Source: an uncultured Chthonomonadaceae bacterium | GTDB taxonomy: Bacteria > Armatimonadota > Chthonomonadetes > Chthonomonadales > Chthonomonadaceae | DNA: 64,000 nt | Direction: 5' to 3' | Assembly (NCBI GenBank): GCA_963817895.1 | Contig: CAWFQB010000014.1 | Span: forward strand, 544,001-608,000 | The notes under the pieces: generated by a model | Seen by the model: only the letters and a program-made list of their open reading frames with translations | Database searches by the model: none | Told to the model about the DNA's origin: nothing | Shown: positions 10,563 to 21,217 of the stretch, one piece after another | Layout of the letters: every line of letters starts with the position of its first letter | Numbering within the stretch: position 1 is the stretch's first letter | Made by a program: the position numbers and the translations under genes

Positions 10563-11240
10563 ATGGCACGGACAGCACTGATCGTATATGGGGGTTGGGA
10601 TGGTCACGAACCCAAACAGGTGGCGGGAATCATTGATAGCGCGCTGCAAGCAAGAGGGTTTGCGACGAGGGTAGCGGACACGCTCGACGCTTTCACGGAT
10701 GGCGAGATGCTGATGAGATTGAGCCTGATCGTTCCCATCTGGACAATGGGCAAAATCACGAACGAACAGCTCAACCCGGTCGTCAACGCGGTGAAAAGCG
10801 GCGTGGGCATCGGCGGCTGTCACGGCGGCATGTGCGACAGTTTCCGTGAAGCAACGGAATGGCAGTTTATGACAGGCGGGCAGTGGGTGGCGCATCCCGG
10901 CAATGCGGGCGTCACCTACCCCGTCCACATCACCGACTCGAACCATTTCATTACGCAGGGAACCTCGGATTTTCAGGTGACTTCAGAACAATACTACCTG
11001 CACACCGATCCGGGCAACGTCGTGCTGGCAACCACGCCCTTCCCAACTTCGGGCGTGGACGGCCCGCACGTCACCAATGGGGCCGTCAACATGCCGGTTG
11101 TGTGGACGAAAATGTACGGACAGGGGCGAGTCTTCTACTCATCCCTCGGACACGTCGCCGCAACCGTCAGCGAACCCGACCCGCTGCGCCTGCTGACTCG
11201 CGGCCTGCTGTGGGCCGCAAAAGCCGAAGACGCGGCGTAA
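10563..11240 (+). CDS. ThuA domain-containing protein
   Basis: GGWDGHEP, GG-x-HGG-x-x-DSFR, EQYYLH-x-DP, YGQGRVFYSSLGH. Confidence 0.9.
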   Translation: MARTALIVYGGWDGHEPKQVAGIIDSALQARGFATRVADTLDAFTDGEMLMRLSLIVPIWTMGKITNEQLNPVVNAVKSGVGIGGCHGGMCDSFREATEWQFMTGGQWVAHPGNAGVTYPVHITDSNHFITQGTSDFQVTSEQYYLHTDPGNVVLATTPFPTSGVDGPHVTNGAVNMPVVWTKMYGQGRVFYSSLGHVAATVSEPDPLRLLTRGLLWAAKAEDAA

Positions 11241-11242
11241 TA

Positions 11243-11332
11243 GCCCTCATCCCCAACCCTTCTCCCAAACTTGGGAGAAGGGAGTCATTTCGTAATCCCC
11301 GGCTCTTCTCCCAAAATTGGGAGAAGGGAGTC
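11243..11332. repeat. Two tandem family-A palindromes
   Basis: GCCCTCATCCCCAACCCTTCTCCCAAACTTGGGAGAAGGGAG and ATCCCCGGCTCTTCTCCCAAAATTGGGAGAAGGGAG. Confidence 0.85.
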
Positions 11333-11392
11333 AATCGTATTTGTGGGAAGACGTATTCCCGTAAAAACGTGTTTGCAAAGGAGCAGGCGAGA

Positions 11393-12553
11393 GTGAGCGC
11401 AACTTACATTGAAATACAGGTGCTGCGAGTCAATCGCAATTTGATGCTGGTCAACGGGGGCATTTTAGGGCTGACGCTGCTGTTCCTCACTTTAATCATG
11501 TTTAGCGGCGTTCTGGTTGCCCGTTCTTTGGATCGCCTTCCGGCGCAGGGCGCGGCGAACGGGGCCAATGCCATTTACCATCAGCCTGCCGCGCTCGATA
11601 CGGCCCACCCCACCCACATCAGCATAGCAGATGTCGCGTCCGCAGACCGAATGGCGCAATTGCAAGGCCACGCCGTCATCTATTCAGACCCGCAGGCGCA
11701 AGACCTCATGTTTCCCGTATGGGATTGGATGGGGCGGGCGACCGGTAACAACAGGCCGCATCTGCCGCCAACGTATCGCGTCAGCATCGCGAACGGACGC
11801 CTTTTTCTCATTCTGCCCGCCACCCCCGATCCCGGCAAAACATTCACGGGCGTTATTCGGCCCTTAACGGACGCCGATTACAACCCTGTCCATTCGGTAG
11901 TGATGGGGCGCGGCTTGCCGGAGGAATTTCAGCCTTTTATACTGGATTGCCTGTCGCTTGCCCCTCCGACCGGCGCGGCGGCTTTGCCCGTTGTCATGCA
12001 TCCGGTTGGCGGACACCACCAATCTCCCCAGTTTCTCATCGTGTTTGGCCTGATGCTGGGCATATCGGGCTGGAATGTCTTCAAAGCCGCCAAACGCCTC
12101 AAAAATCCGCTTTCCCATCCCATTTACGCGAAACTGGCCCGCTACGGACACCCACAGGATTTAGCGCGTTCCATTGAGGCCGAACGGCAGGCGGGAATTA
12201 CGATTCTTGCCCCGGCGGAATTCACCTACTCATGGATGCTGGTTCCGTCCTTTTGGAGTCTGGACGCGGTTCCCCTCGATCAACTCGCGTGGGTTTTCAA
12301 AATGGTCGTATTCGTCAACTTCATTCCCATGAATTTCAAACTGCGCGTTATGGATCGTCAGGGCAAAGGCCATCCCATTTCTACGTCAGACGGGCAAATG
12401 ACGCGCATCATGGACTACATCGGACAGGTGCGTCCGTGGGTTGCGCTCGGATACAGCCGCGAACTGCGCAACCGCTTTGCCTGCGACCGTGCCGGATTTC
12501 TCGCGGAATTAGACGCCCGCCGCCAACGTATGCAGCCCAGATCAATTTCATAG
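11393..12553 (+). CDS. Hypothetical membrane protein (DUF6709-like)
   Basis: GTG start after AGGAG; TM segments; HP-x-x-x-x-L-x-x-YG and PW-x-x-x-GYS-x-E motifs. Confidence 0.6.
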   Translation: MSATYIEIQVLRVNRNLMLVNGGILGLTLLFLTLIMFSGVLVARSLDRLPAQGAANGANAIYHQPAALDTAHPTHISIADVASADRMAQLQGHAVIYSDPQAQDLMFPVWDWMGRATGNNRPHLPPTYRVSIANGRLFLILPATPDPGKTFTGVIRPLTDADYNPVHSVVMGRGLPEEFQPFILDCLSLAPPTGAAALPVVMHPVGGHHQSPQFLIVFGLMLGISGWNVFKAAKRLKNPLSHPIYAKLARYGHPQDLARSIEAERQAGITILAPAEFTYSWMLVPSFWSLDAVPLDQLAWVFKMVVFVNFIPMNFKLRVMDRQGKGHPISTSDGQMTRIMDYIGQVRPWVALGYSRELRNRFACDRAGFLAELDARRQRMQPRSIS

Positions 12554-12570
12554 TCCCCATTGCCGTGAGT

Positions 12571-12770
12571 TTCTACCCTCATCCGGCCTCCAGCCACCTT
12601 CTCCCTGCAAGGGAGAAGACTAAATTGTTCAATGGGCGGTGAATTAGGGAATGGAGGAGGCGTTAATCAAGTCCAGCGCGGAAAACAAACCCGTAATCAA
12701 TGCGCCAGACTACCACATTAGCCTTCTCCCTTGCAGGGAGAAGGTGGCCGGAGGCCGGATGAGGGTAGAA
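12571..12770. repeat. Inverted pair of 53-bp family-A palindromes between convergent genes
   Basis: 12571-12623 vs reverse complement of 12718-12770 differ at 2 of 53 positions; 94-bp spacer. Confidence 0.9.
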
Positions 12771-12773
12771 CCC

Positions 12774-15333
12774 TTAATGATTGAACACAAACTCTTTGGA
12801 ATTGAGCAAGGCCCATAACAAATCTTCCGCCGTCTTTCTGGCGGTTGGCGGGAAGGGCGGTGGACAGCGCTTTCACGGCTCTGGTTTTTTCTTCGGTTGT
12901 GGGGAACCGGGAAAGGGCGCTCAGATACAATTCCTCTACCAGTTTCGCGTCCGGGGTTTTGGCTTCCAGCAGCGTGGTCACGCGCCCGGTTTTGGAGGAC
13001 AGGCGCGCGTTCAGGCCGACATCGTTCATCAAATGCAGCATCTGGCCCAATGTGGGCATGTCGGAACGTTCGCACTCGCACGTAATGCTGCGGGCGGGCC
13101 GTCCGAACAGATCGAGGAAGTACGAGGCGACGCCCGTATCCGGCAGTTCGCAGGCGCGGGTTCCCATCGGGTAGCCGTCGAACTTATCGCCTACGCCGGT
13201 CACGCCCGCAATCGCGTCCAGCATCTGTTCCGCGCCCAGCCGCTTGAACGCGAAATGCGAATAGTAGCGGGTATCGCGGACATTGTTGCGGGTGGCGTCG
13301 GGCGAGCGCTGATAGGCGTCCGAACGCAGAATATTGCCGCATCAACCTCTTCAAATCGAAATGGTTCTGCGCCAAATCCTGCGCCAGCCAGTCGTACAGC
13401 GCGGCGTTGGAGGGCGGATTAGTGGCGCGGAGATCGTCAACCGGTTCCACAAAGCCCATCCCCATATAGTGCTTCCAGACGCGGTTCACGACCGCATGGG
13501 CGAAAAACGGGTTTTGCGGCGATGTCAGCCAGTCCGCAAGCGCCTGCCGCCGATCCTGCCCCTCTGCGTCGGGAACCGCTTTGGCATCTAAGGCGCAGGG
13601 CATCACGACCTGCTGCGTTTTCGGGTGGCGCACTTCCCCCGCCGCCACTGCCACAATCACGGGTTCGCCTGCGCGTTCGCCGGGTTTGGAACCGACGCGC
13701 GCGAAAAACGCCGCCATCTGGTAATACTGGTTTTGCGTCCACTTCTCATACGGATGGTTGTGGCAACGGGCGCAGGCGATACGAACGCCGAGAAAAATCT
13801 CCGATGTGGTTTCCGCCAGTTCCAGCGGTCCGGCTGCCGTGCGGTAATAGTTGGCGGCCCCATTGTTGAACGCGCTGCCCTGCGCCAGTACCAGTTCCCG
13901 CGCCATCTGATCCCACGGCTTGTTGTCGGCTACGCTCTGCCGTATCCAGTCGTGATAAGCGTTCATGCCTTTGACCGCGAGTTTTTGCCGCGAACAGCGC
14001 AGAATGTCGCCCCATTTCAGCGTCCAGAAGTCCACGTATTCGGGCGAGGCTAAGAGCGCGTCAATCAGTTTGTCGCGCTTGTCCTTTGCCGTATCGCTCA
14101 GAAACGCCCGCGCTTCGTCCGCAGTGGGAATACGCCCGGTCACATCCAGATACGAGCGGCGCAAAAAATCCGAATCCGAACAACGCGCCGACGTTTCCAG
14201 CCCCAACGCGGTTAATTTCGCGTTGACGAGTTTGTCAATAGTGGAGAGTGGAGGAGTAGGCATCTGCTATCTCTTTATCTCCTTTTCTCCCTTTCTCCTT
14301 TTCTCCTTTTCTATCTGCTAACGACGGCCCGTAAGGAGAGACAACCCGCGCCGTGCCGACAAGTCCCTGATAGCGGACGATGATCGCGCCCTCGCCATTG
14401 CCGGTTACTTTGGCTTCGCCGCCTGCTGTCACGGTGGCTACGGTTTCATCGCTGGCGGAAAACAGGGTTTCGGTCGTCACGTCGCGCTTGCTGCCGTCCG
14501 CATACGTGGCTGTCACCGCAAACCGCTGTCGCGCCATTGACAGGAATGGTTCGGATGGGAGGAGTTACATCCAGGCGGGTAACAGCCAGTTCTTTGGGGC
14601 CGGGGGCGGGAAGTCCGGCGGCAATCCAGTCGCGCACAATGCTGTACTCCGTACTGCCCTCCATAAACCGCTTGCCGCCCTTGTGGTACACGGCCAGAAC
14701 GGGCTTGCGCAGCAGCAGGCTCTGTTCCGGCTGCGCGACGGATACGCGCCGCGCCCGGTTCGCCCGCGTAATCGCCAGATAATCCGCGTCCGGGTCATAG
14801 CCGAGCAGCGACAGTTTGAAGCCGCCTTTGCCTGACGCCGCGCCGTGACACGCGCCCTGATTACATCCGGCATGGGTGAGCACCGGCATCACATCGGCGA
14901 CAAAGCGGGGCGGGGGCGCGTTCTTCATTCCCGACACTACAACCGGAACGCGCGTTTCCCGGCCCTGCCAGCGGGCAATCAAAACAGTTTTGCCGTCTCG
15001 TTTCGGACGCGCGATTCCATTTTCGTCAACCGTCGCAATATGTGGGTCGAGCGTTCGCCATTCTGCCTTCGCGCTCACATCCTGCGGTTCCTTCTGACTG
15101 CCGCTTGTTTCCACAAGAGCGCGGCACTCCTCATACGGGTTGCGCAGCGTAATCATGGCGGGAAGCATCCGCAATGCCGCCCCGGATGCCGCCGAAGCAG
15201 GCAAGGCGCGAACCGTTTTAATCTGCGCTTTACCCGCATTATGACTCTGCGCCGACGCAGGGCAGGGCAACAATGAAAGCGCGGTCAGGGACAGGAACGA
15301 ACACAGAAGCGGCAAGGACGTGAAAAATTTCAT
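12774..15333 (-). CDS. DUF1549/DUF1553 protein with Ig-like Big_2 domains (about 4 frameshifts)
   Basis: GCNQGACHG, GKGGFKLSLLG, FLRR-x-x-LD-x-x-G, CARCHNHPYEKW, NPFFA-x-x-x-VNRVW, CECER, WALLNSKEFVFNH* spread over consecutive ORFs. Confidence 0.85.
14262..14320. repeat. Octamer array (TCTCCTTT) x5 flanked by direct repeat ATCTGCTA
   Basis: Units at 14270-14309; ATCTGCTA at 14262-14269 and 14313-14320. Confidence 0.85.
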
Positions 15334-15596
15334 AAGGATGGCTGGTTTTCCAATAAAGTGAAGAACGGCAATACAATGCTACTGTTTACGAGCCTGAATC
15401 TACCCGTTTGTAACAAATATTTTGGTAATCCACGCCTTGCAGCAACCTTTTCAGCAGAATATTTGCGCAGGCAGGCGCTTTCAACACCCTTCAAAGAACG
15501 CTTCGCGCATCCTCTTGATTGCAGATAAAGGCAATCCAGTGTTATAATGACAGCCAATCTGAAACACTTTTTTCTCGGAACAGGAGCAGCAGCAGC

Positions 15597-16654
15597 ATGG
15601 ATGTAGCGAACAAAAAGCGATTTTTTCTGGTGCTGTTGTTGGGCGTTGTCGCGTCTGTTGGGGTCTGGCTGATGCGGCGGCGCGAACCCTCCCTGCTCGA
15701 CCACGCCCGCCGTATTCCCGGCATGCAGGCTCTCGCGCTTGCGCCCGATTATTTCTGGCTCAATGACAACGAGTTGATGTACCAGAAACCCTTACCCGAA
15801 AAGAGGCGCGTCTCAGGTGATGCGGCGGAACATCGAAACGGGGGCGGAAACCGTGCAGGGCGACCTTACTTCGGGCGGGCTGCAAGTGTCCCCGGACGGC
15901 GCGTGGGCGCTCACCTACACAGCGGGGCGCGAGGGGATGCTGTTCACCATAGAACGCACGGATGGTTCGCGGAAGTTTCTGTATCGCAGTCCGTCCAGAC
16001 CTGTACAGCCCCGTCTCGCCTGGACACCCGATGACTTCTGCCTTGTCGAATTGATACCCTCCTATACAGGAGAAGGGCAAAGTGAAACCGGCACTGCTGC
16101 GCACCTACTTCCTCAACTCGGCGACGCCCATCGCATCCAATACCGTTGAGGAAAACTCAAGCGGGCTATTGTTGCTTGGCTCTCTCCCCAACCATCATGT
16201 CCTCGCGACCTATCCCAATTTCGTGGGGAATATCCAACGCGCAAAGCGGTGACGCAGGCACGGCCCCGATGTTGGATTTTCCACCCGAACGTGATTCCAT
16301 TGCCCATCACTACGCCATCGCCAAACCACCCGATAGCATGAACGGGGAGGCGATTTTGTCGCCGCAGGGTACACGCATCGCCTGGATGTTCGGCGACATC
16401 CATGAACCTCCAGGTTATCTTAACATCTTTCCAAACTGTACGACATGCTTCATATTCGTCGTTCGCGCGCGATATCATTTTGGATCAGCAACCCGGACGG
16501 CAGCGACCTGCATAAGGTTGGCAACATTCCCATCGCAGAAGCCGCAAAATATACGGCAAGCGTCACCGTCCCTTCCGACCTGCGCTGGACGCCGAACGGC
16601 AAAAATTTGAGTTTTCTGTATGAAAACAGCCTGTATATCGTTCCCGTCCCATAG
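15597..16654 (+). CDS. Hypothetical membrane-anchored TolB/WD40-like protein (several frameshifts)
   Basis: N-terminal TM; SPDG, WTPD, LSPQGTRIAW, SNPDGSD and WTPNGKNLSF blades across four ORFs. Confidence 0.6.
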
Positions 16655-16683
16655 CGCAGAATTTAGAGCCTGCCCCTACAGGT

Positions 16684-16727
16684 TCCCCTTCTCCCAAGTT
16701 TGGGAGAAGGGGTCAGGGGTTGAGGGC
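16684..16727. repeat. Family-A palindrome
   Basis: TCCCCTTCTCCCAAGTTTGGGAGAAGGGGTCAGGGGTTGAGGGC. Confidence 0.85.
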
Positions 16728-16789
16728 AATAGCGCGGGATTCAACCGGATTGTTCACTCTCCTGTTCGCGATTATTCGCGCCTGTTTTC

Positions 16790-17578
16790 GTGAAAGGCGA
16801 CCGCCATTTACACCCTTTTTTTCGATTTCGACGATACTTTGAGCGAACAGATACCGTTCAATCTCCAATATGTGAGGGGCATTGGCAGTGTTCTGGCTCC
16901 CGTTTATGGCGGCAACGAGGAAGATTGGGCGAAATCGCCATTGACATGCTGGAAACATTGGAAGCGCAGTATATCGCGCAGTTTCGCGTCACGCCAACCA
17001 ACTACAATGCGTGGTTCGCCCGCCTCCACGCGCAGGCAATGCAACTGGTGTTCGACGGCATGGGCCTGCCGGTTCCCGAAAATGCCGAACAACTGTCGCG
17101 GGATACGCAAAAACGCGCCCTTTCCGCCTGTGACGCCGCGTTTCCCGGCGCGAAGCAGGCGGTTGAAACGCTAAAGCAGCGCGGCTATACATTACATACG
17201 GCTTCCGGCAACGATTCGGGACATTTGCGCAACGCCCTTGCTGGAATAGGACTTGAACCCTGCTTTGAACGCTTTTATGGCCCCGATCTGGTAGACTGCG
17301 CCAAAGAAAGCCCTGAGTTTTACAAACGCATTTTCGCCGATTTGAACCTGCCGCCCTCGCATGCCCTGATTATTGACAACGATCCCAACGCCATACGCTG
17401 GGCGCAGTCCCTCGGCGCGAAAGCCATTCAGGTGGATTTGCTGCCGTATAAAAAATTGGAAACCGCATCGGGCATTGCAGGCAAAATCCGTGATATAGCG
17501 CAACTGCCTGCGCTAGTCGAACTGGTTTCTGAATTTCACAGCAACGATGAACAGGAGGCGCGACAACATGGCAATTGA
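16790..17578 (+). CDS. HAD-family hydrolase (two compensating frameshifts near 5' end)
   Basis: LFFDFDDTL motif I in an alternate frame (16815-16841), TASG motif II, K, IIDND motif IV. Confidence 0.75.
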   Translation: MKGDRHLHPFFRFRRYFERTDTVQSPICEGHWQCSGSRLWRQRGRLGEIAIDMLETLEAQYIAQFRVTPTNYNAWFARLHAQAMQLVFDGMGLPVPENAEQLSRDTQKRALSACDAAFPGAKQAVETLKQRGYTLHTASGNDSGHLRNALAGIGLEPCFERFYGPDLVDCAKESPEFYKRIFADLNLPPSHALIIDNDPNAIRWAQSLGAKAIQVDLLPYKKLETASGIAGKIRDIAQLPALVELVSEFHSNDEQEARQHGN

Positions 17579-18185
17579 AACACGACTTCAACCGTCTTCA
17601 ACCCGTTACATCACCTATGAGGAGTATCTACAGGACGAAGGCGAAAACCATCATACGGAATGGGTGAACGGAAAGGTCATTGACATCAGCATGGTTTCGG
17701 ACGAACATAATATCCTGAATGGTTTTCTCTACCTTTTACTTCAAATGTGGGCGTCTGCGCATCAAGCCGGAGAGGTGCGTACCGATCCATTCAACATGAA
17801 GATAGGGCCGAACCTGCCCGGACGCGCGCCCGATGTCATGTTTATCACAAACGCGCATCGGGATCGGTTGCTGCGTAATCATCTGCGTGGGCCGTGCGAC
17901 ATTGCCGTTGAAGTGGTCAGTCCCGATTACCGCTACCGGGACGTGACGGAAAAATTTTCCGAATACGAGCAGGGCGGCGTACCGGAATACTGGGTTGTTG
18001 ACTACGACGTTCGGCAGGCGCGGTTTTACGGACTGAATGAGAACGGCGCGTATGAAGAACTTCCAGTCAGCAGCGAGGGAGTTTTTCATAGCCGCGTTCT
18101 GCCGGGATTATGGCTCAACGTGAATTGGATGTGGCAGCGCCCGGTTCCATCGTGGCTAGACCTTGCCCGTGAATGGAATCTGTAA
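17568..18185 (+). CDS. Uma2 family endonuclease
   Basis: EWVNG, PDVMF, G-x-x-D-x-x-VEVVSP, K-x-x-EYE-x-x-GVPEYWVVD. Confidence 0.9.
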   Translation: MAIETRLQPSSTRYITYEEYLQDEGENHHTEWVNGKVIDISMVSDEHNILNGFLYLLLQMWASAHQAGEVRTDPFNMKIGPNLPGRAPDVMFITNAHRDRLLRNHLRGPCDIAVEVVSPDYRYRDVTEKFSEYEQGGVPEYWVVDYDVRQARFYGLNENGAYEELPVSSEGVFHSRVLPGLWLNVNWMWQRPVPSWLDLAREWNL

Positions 18186-18191
18186 CCGCGC

Positions 18192-19028
18192 TTATAACTC
18201 TATGCCGATCTCCTGCGCCACACTGCGCGCGTAGGCGGCGGCTTCGTCGTACTCATCGGAACGGGACAGGTGTTCCAGCAGAATGGGCGTATCCGCGTCC
18301 AGTTTCGCCGTCTCGCGCAGCAGGGTTCGATAATCTAAATGGCCTTTACCGGGCGCGACTTCGTCCAGATGAACGGTCATTTTGCCCGAAAGCGTCATAT
18401 CCTTGATGTGGCAGCATTTGATATGCGGCCCCAACAGGGCAAAGCACTGTTTCAGAAAAGCCGTATTGTTCAGGAATTTTTCCGGACTCGTGACCAGATT
18501 GGCCGGGTCGAGATGCGCGGCGAATTGCGGGCGATCTATCGCCTGTATCAAATCCGCGTAGCTTTCCGGGCTATGGGGGAAAACCCACGGCATGGTTTCC
18601 AGCGTAAAAAAGGTCCGTGTCGGGTTGACAGCATCTATAATCGTTCGGGTGGTTTCCACAATCAGCGCGAACGTTTCCGGCGTGAGATTGTCCGGGTGCG
18701 GCCCGTCCCACTGTTCAAGATTGCGCGAACCGGCGATATTAACGCAACACCGCGCCCCGATCTGCTCCGCAAGCGCTAACTGCGCCTGACAGTGCGCGAT
18801 GGCTTTCTGCCTGACCTCCGCATCCGGGCTGATGGGATTGCTCCACGCGCCCACTTCCGCAATCACAATGTCGGCTTCCCGCGCCGCGTTCGCATACGCC
18901 GCAATCACATCCGCGCCCGCATCCGCTTTGATGGGGCAGTACGCCGCCCGATAACGCTTTGCCCGTACCGCCGCAATCCACTTTTCCGGCGTGGATACAT
19001 CCCCGAAAATCGGCCCGCCAAGTCGCAT
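18192..19028 (-). CDS. Sugar phosphate isomerase/epimerase (AP endonuclease 2 TIM barrel)
   Basis: LETMP, HLDPAN, HIKD, G-x-G-x-LDY, LLEH metal motifs. Confidence 0.85.
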   Translation of the reverse strand: MRLGGPIFGDVSTPEKWIAAVRAKRYRAAYCPIKADAGADVIAAYANAAREADIVIAEVGAWSNPISPDAEVRQKAIAHCQAQLALAEQIGARCCVNIAGSRNLEQWDGPHPDNLTPETFALIVETTRTIIDAVNPTRTFFTLETMPWVFPHSPESYADLIQAIDRPQFAAHLDPANLVTSPEKFLNNTAFLKQCFALLGPHIKCCHIKDMTLSGKMTVHLDEVAPGKGHLDYRTLLRETAKLDADTPILLEHLSRSDEYDEAAAYARSVAQEIGIEL

Positions 19029-19264
19029 CTTTCCGCTCCTTTTCCTCTCATTTCGCTGTCGAATACCCTAACCACTACTCCCGCCTTGTCTGTTCACATT
19101 GATTCCGCGTTCGCAAAAGTGCTAGAATAACCGTATGAGGATGTGTTTCGCGCAGATAGTTTCCCTTTCGCGCCAACATTTCCTGCTGCACCCCCGCTCG
19201 CCGGTAGCCTCACAAGCACAACGTTAAATCGGCGAGAATGGAATTCATAGGAGAATACCTTCAC

Positions 19265-20281
19265 ATGGCCGTCAAAGTAGGCATCAACGGATTCGGGCGC
19301 ATCGGACGCCTGACCCTGCGTACCATTCTGGAACGCTACCCCAACGACATCGAAGTCGTTGCCGTCAACGATCTGACCGACAGCAAGACCAACGCGCATC
19401 TGTTCCAGTTCGACTCCACGTATGGCCCATTCAAGGGCGACGTATCCGTTCAGGAAAACGATTTCGTTGTCAACGGCAAGGGCATCAAAGTGTTCGCCGA
19501 GCGCAATCCCGGCGACATTCCCTGGGACAGCGTGGGAACGGACATCGTTATCGAGTCTACGGGCTTCTTCACGGACGCCACCAAAGCCGTCGCGCACCGC
19601 GAACATGGCGTGAAAAAAGTCGTAATATCCGCGCCCGCCAAAAAAGAAGACCTGACGATTGTGCTGGGCGTCAATGAAAACATGTACGATCCCGCAAAGC
19701 ATCATGTCGTCAGCAACGCGAGTTGTACCACAAACGGACTTGCGCCCGTCGCCAAGCTGCTCAACGACCGCTTCGGAATCGAAAAAGGGCTGCTGACAAC
19801 GGTTCACGCTTATACCAACTCGCAGAAATTGCAAGATACGGCTGCCAAAGACGACCTGCGCGACGCCCGCGCAGCGGCGCAGAACATTGTTCCATCTGCC
19901 ACCGGAGCCGCCCGCGCTGTCGGGTTGGTCATTCCTGAGTTGCAGGGCAAGTTCAACGGCATGGCGTTCCGCGTCCCCACCCCGACCGTCTCCGTCGTGG
20001 ACTTTACCGCCGTGTTGAGCCGGGACGCCACGATTGAAGAGATCAACGCGACGGCCAAAGAGTACGCGGACGGCCCGATGAAAGGCATTCTGCGCTACAC
20101 GGAACTGCCGCTCGTGTCCACAGACCTGAAGGGCGACACACACTCGTCCATCTATTCCGCCGTAGATACGGTTGCCGTCGGCGGCAATCTGGTCAAAGTG
20201 GTCGCCTGGTACGACAACGAATGGGGCTACTCCTGCCGCGTCGCCGATCTGGTCAACTTCCTCGCCAATAAAGGCCTCTGA
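19265..20281 (+). CDS. gap: Type I glyceraldehyde-3-phosphate dehydrogenase
   Basis: [35 protein letters not shown]. Confidence 0.98.
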   Translation: MAVKVGINGFGRIGRLTLRTILERYPNDIEVVAVNDLTDSKTNAHLFQFDSTYGPFKGDVSVQENDFVVNGKGIKVFAERNPGDIPWDSVGTDIVIESTGFFTDATKAVAHREHGVKKVVISAPAKKEDLTIVLGVNENMYDPAKHHVVSNASCTTNGLAPVAKLLNDRFGIEKGLLTTVHAYTNSQKLQDTAAKDDLRDARAAAQNIVPSATGAARAVGLVIPELQGKFNGMAFRVPTPTVSVVDFTAVLSRDATIEEINATAKEYADGPMKGILRYTELPLVSTDLKGDTHSSIYSAVDTVAVGGNLVKVVAWYDNEWGYSCRVADLVNFLANKGL

Positions 20282-20282
20282 T

Positions 20283-20351
20283 AAGGGAAAAGGGAAAAGG
20301 GAAAAGAGAAAAGTATCTATGTTATAGACTTTTTCCTTTTTCCTTTCTCCT
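20283..20351. repeat. Imperfect hairpin made of heptamers (AAGGGAA)x4 / (TTTTCCT)x3
   Basis: Begins immediately after the gap stop; two arms around a short TCTAT-GTT-ATAGA loop. Confidence 0.75.
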
Positions 20352-20371
20352 GCATTGATGGAGGCGCAACA

Positions 20372-20875
20372 TTGTCATTCCGAGCGCGTATTGATGCTAA
20401 TCCAGAAACACTGGCTAAGTTCGAGCAGGCATGGAAACAACGCTACATAGAAGGCATGAGATTACTGGAAGATGAAGCAACTCGTACAGGTGGGGTATAT
20501 CTGCTCGGATACGTGGCAGAGATGATTTTGAAAGTCGCGTACTTTCGCTTTACGGGAGCATCTTCGGATGACTTACTTGGGAATTTGCTCAAAGCTAAAG
20601 CGTTCAAAGATGCCAGTGAAAGCGTCAGCGCAGACACTGAATCTAATCACAGTCTACAGTTCTGGACAGAAATGTTAATTGTCACTCGGAACCAGAATAA
20701 TCGGCGATTACCCACTCACCTGCAAGATACGTTAGTTGGCTACGGAGTTACATTACACCAGAACTGGAAGGTTGATATTCGTTATCAACCGCTTGCCGTT
20801 GCGGCGCAAGAATAGCGGGAAGTTAGAGAAGCGGTTCAATGGTTCTACTACCATCACGACAGCTTATGGAGATAA
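20372..20875 (+). CDS. HEPN-like protein with in-frame TAG at 20813-20815
   Basis: R-x-x-E-x-x-x-LL...GGVYLLGYVAEMILK, NHSL, W-x-x-DIRY; same frame continues REVREAVQWFYYHHDSLWR* after TAG. Confidence 0.65.
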
Positions 20876-20878
20876 ATC

Positions 20879-21217
20879 ATGCCAATAGGACACATCGTGA
20901 AAGATCCTTCTGCGGATGCAGATAAACTCATTCAAATCTTGAAAAAAGAATGGATGGGAATTAGCAACAGCTTAGACCATGAGCCAGTTTTGATTGAAGA
21001 GCCTTCCGGCATGGGTGATTACAAACGTCTGTATGTCATTTGGTCAAAGTGGAGTGGTATGTCACACCGCGAACGCGCTGAAATTATTCTGAAATCATAT
21101 CGGCAAGCTCGTCCGGCAGACTCACTTAATGTTACCGTTGCGACAGGACTAACCAAAAAAGAAGCCGCCGACATGAACCTTAAATACACTATGGGAAAGA
21201 ATGAAGAACATGAATAA
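20879..21217 (+). CDS. Small BolA-like / degenerate MNT-like protein
   Basis: [24 protein letters not shown]...TGLTKKEA mirrors BolA/MNT V-x-x-S-x-x-F-x-G...R...T-x-x-E; overlaps the pgk start. Confidence 0.55.
   Translation: MPIGHIVKDPSADADKLIQILKKEWMGISNSLDHEPVLIEEPSGMGDYKRLYVIWSKWSGMSHRERAEIILKSYRQARPADSLNVTVATGLTKKEAADMNLKYTMGKNEEHE

Noticed and set aside
10859..11392. N-terminal extensions of ORF-track calls (also 2816..3280, 26808..27179, 36324..36449)
   Set aside because: They overlap neighbouring genes or repeats; better starts lie downstream.
14270..14309. Phase variation of the DUF1549 gene via the octamer array
   Set aside because: The downstream frame has a TAG at 14269-14267 right after the array, so changing the unit count cannot restore the fusion.
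17568..18185. Uma2 gene as a defence system
   Set aside because: Solitary Uma2 paralogs are common and no partner genes are adjacent.
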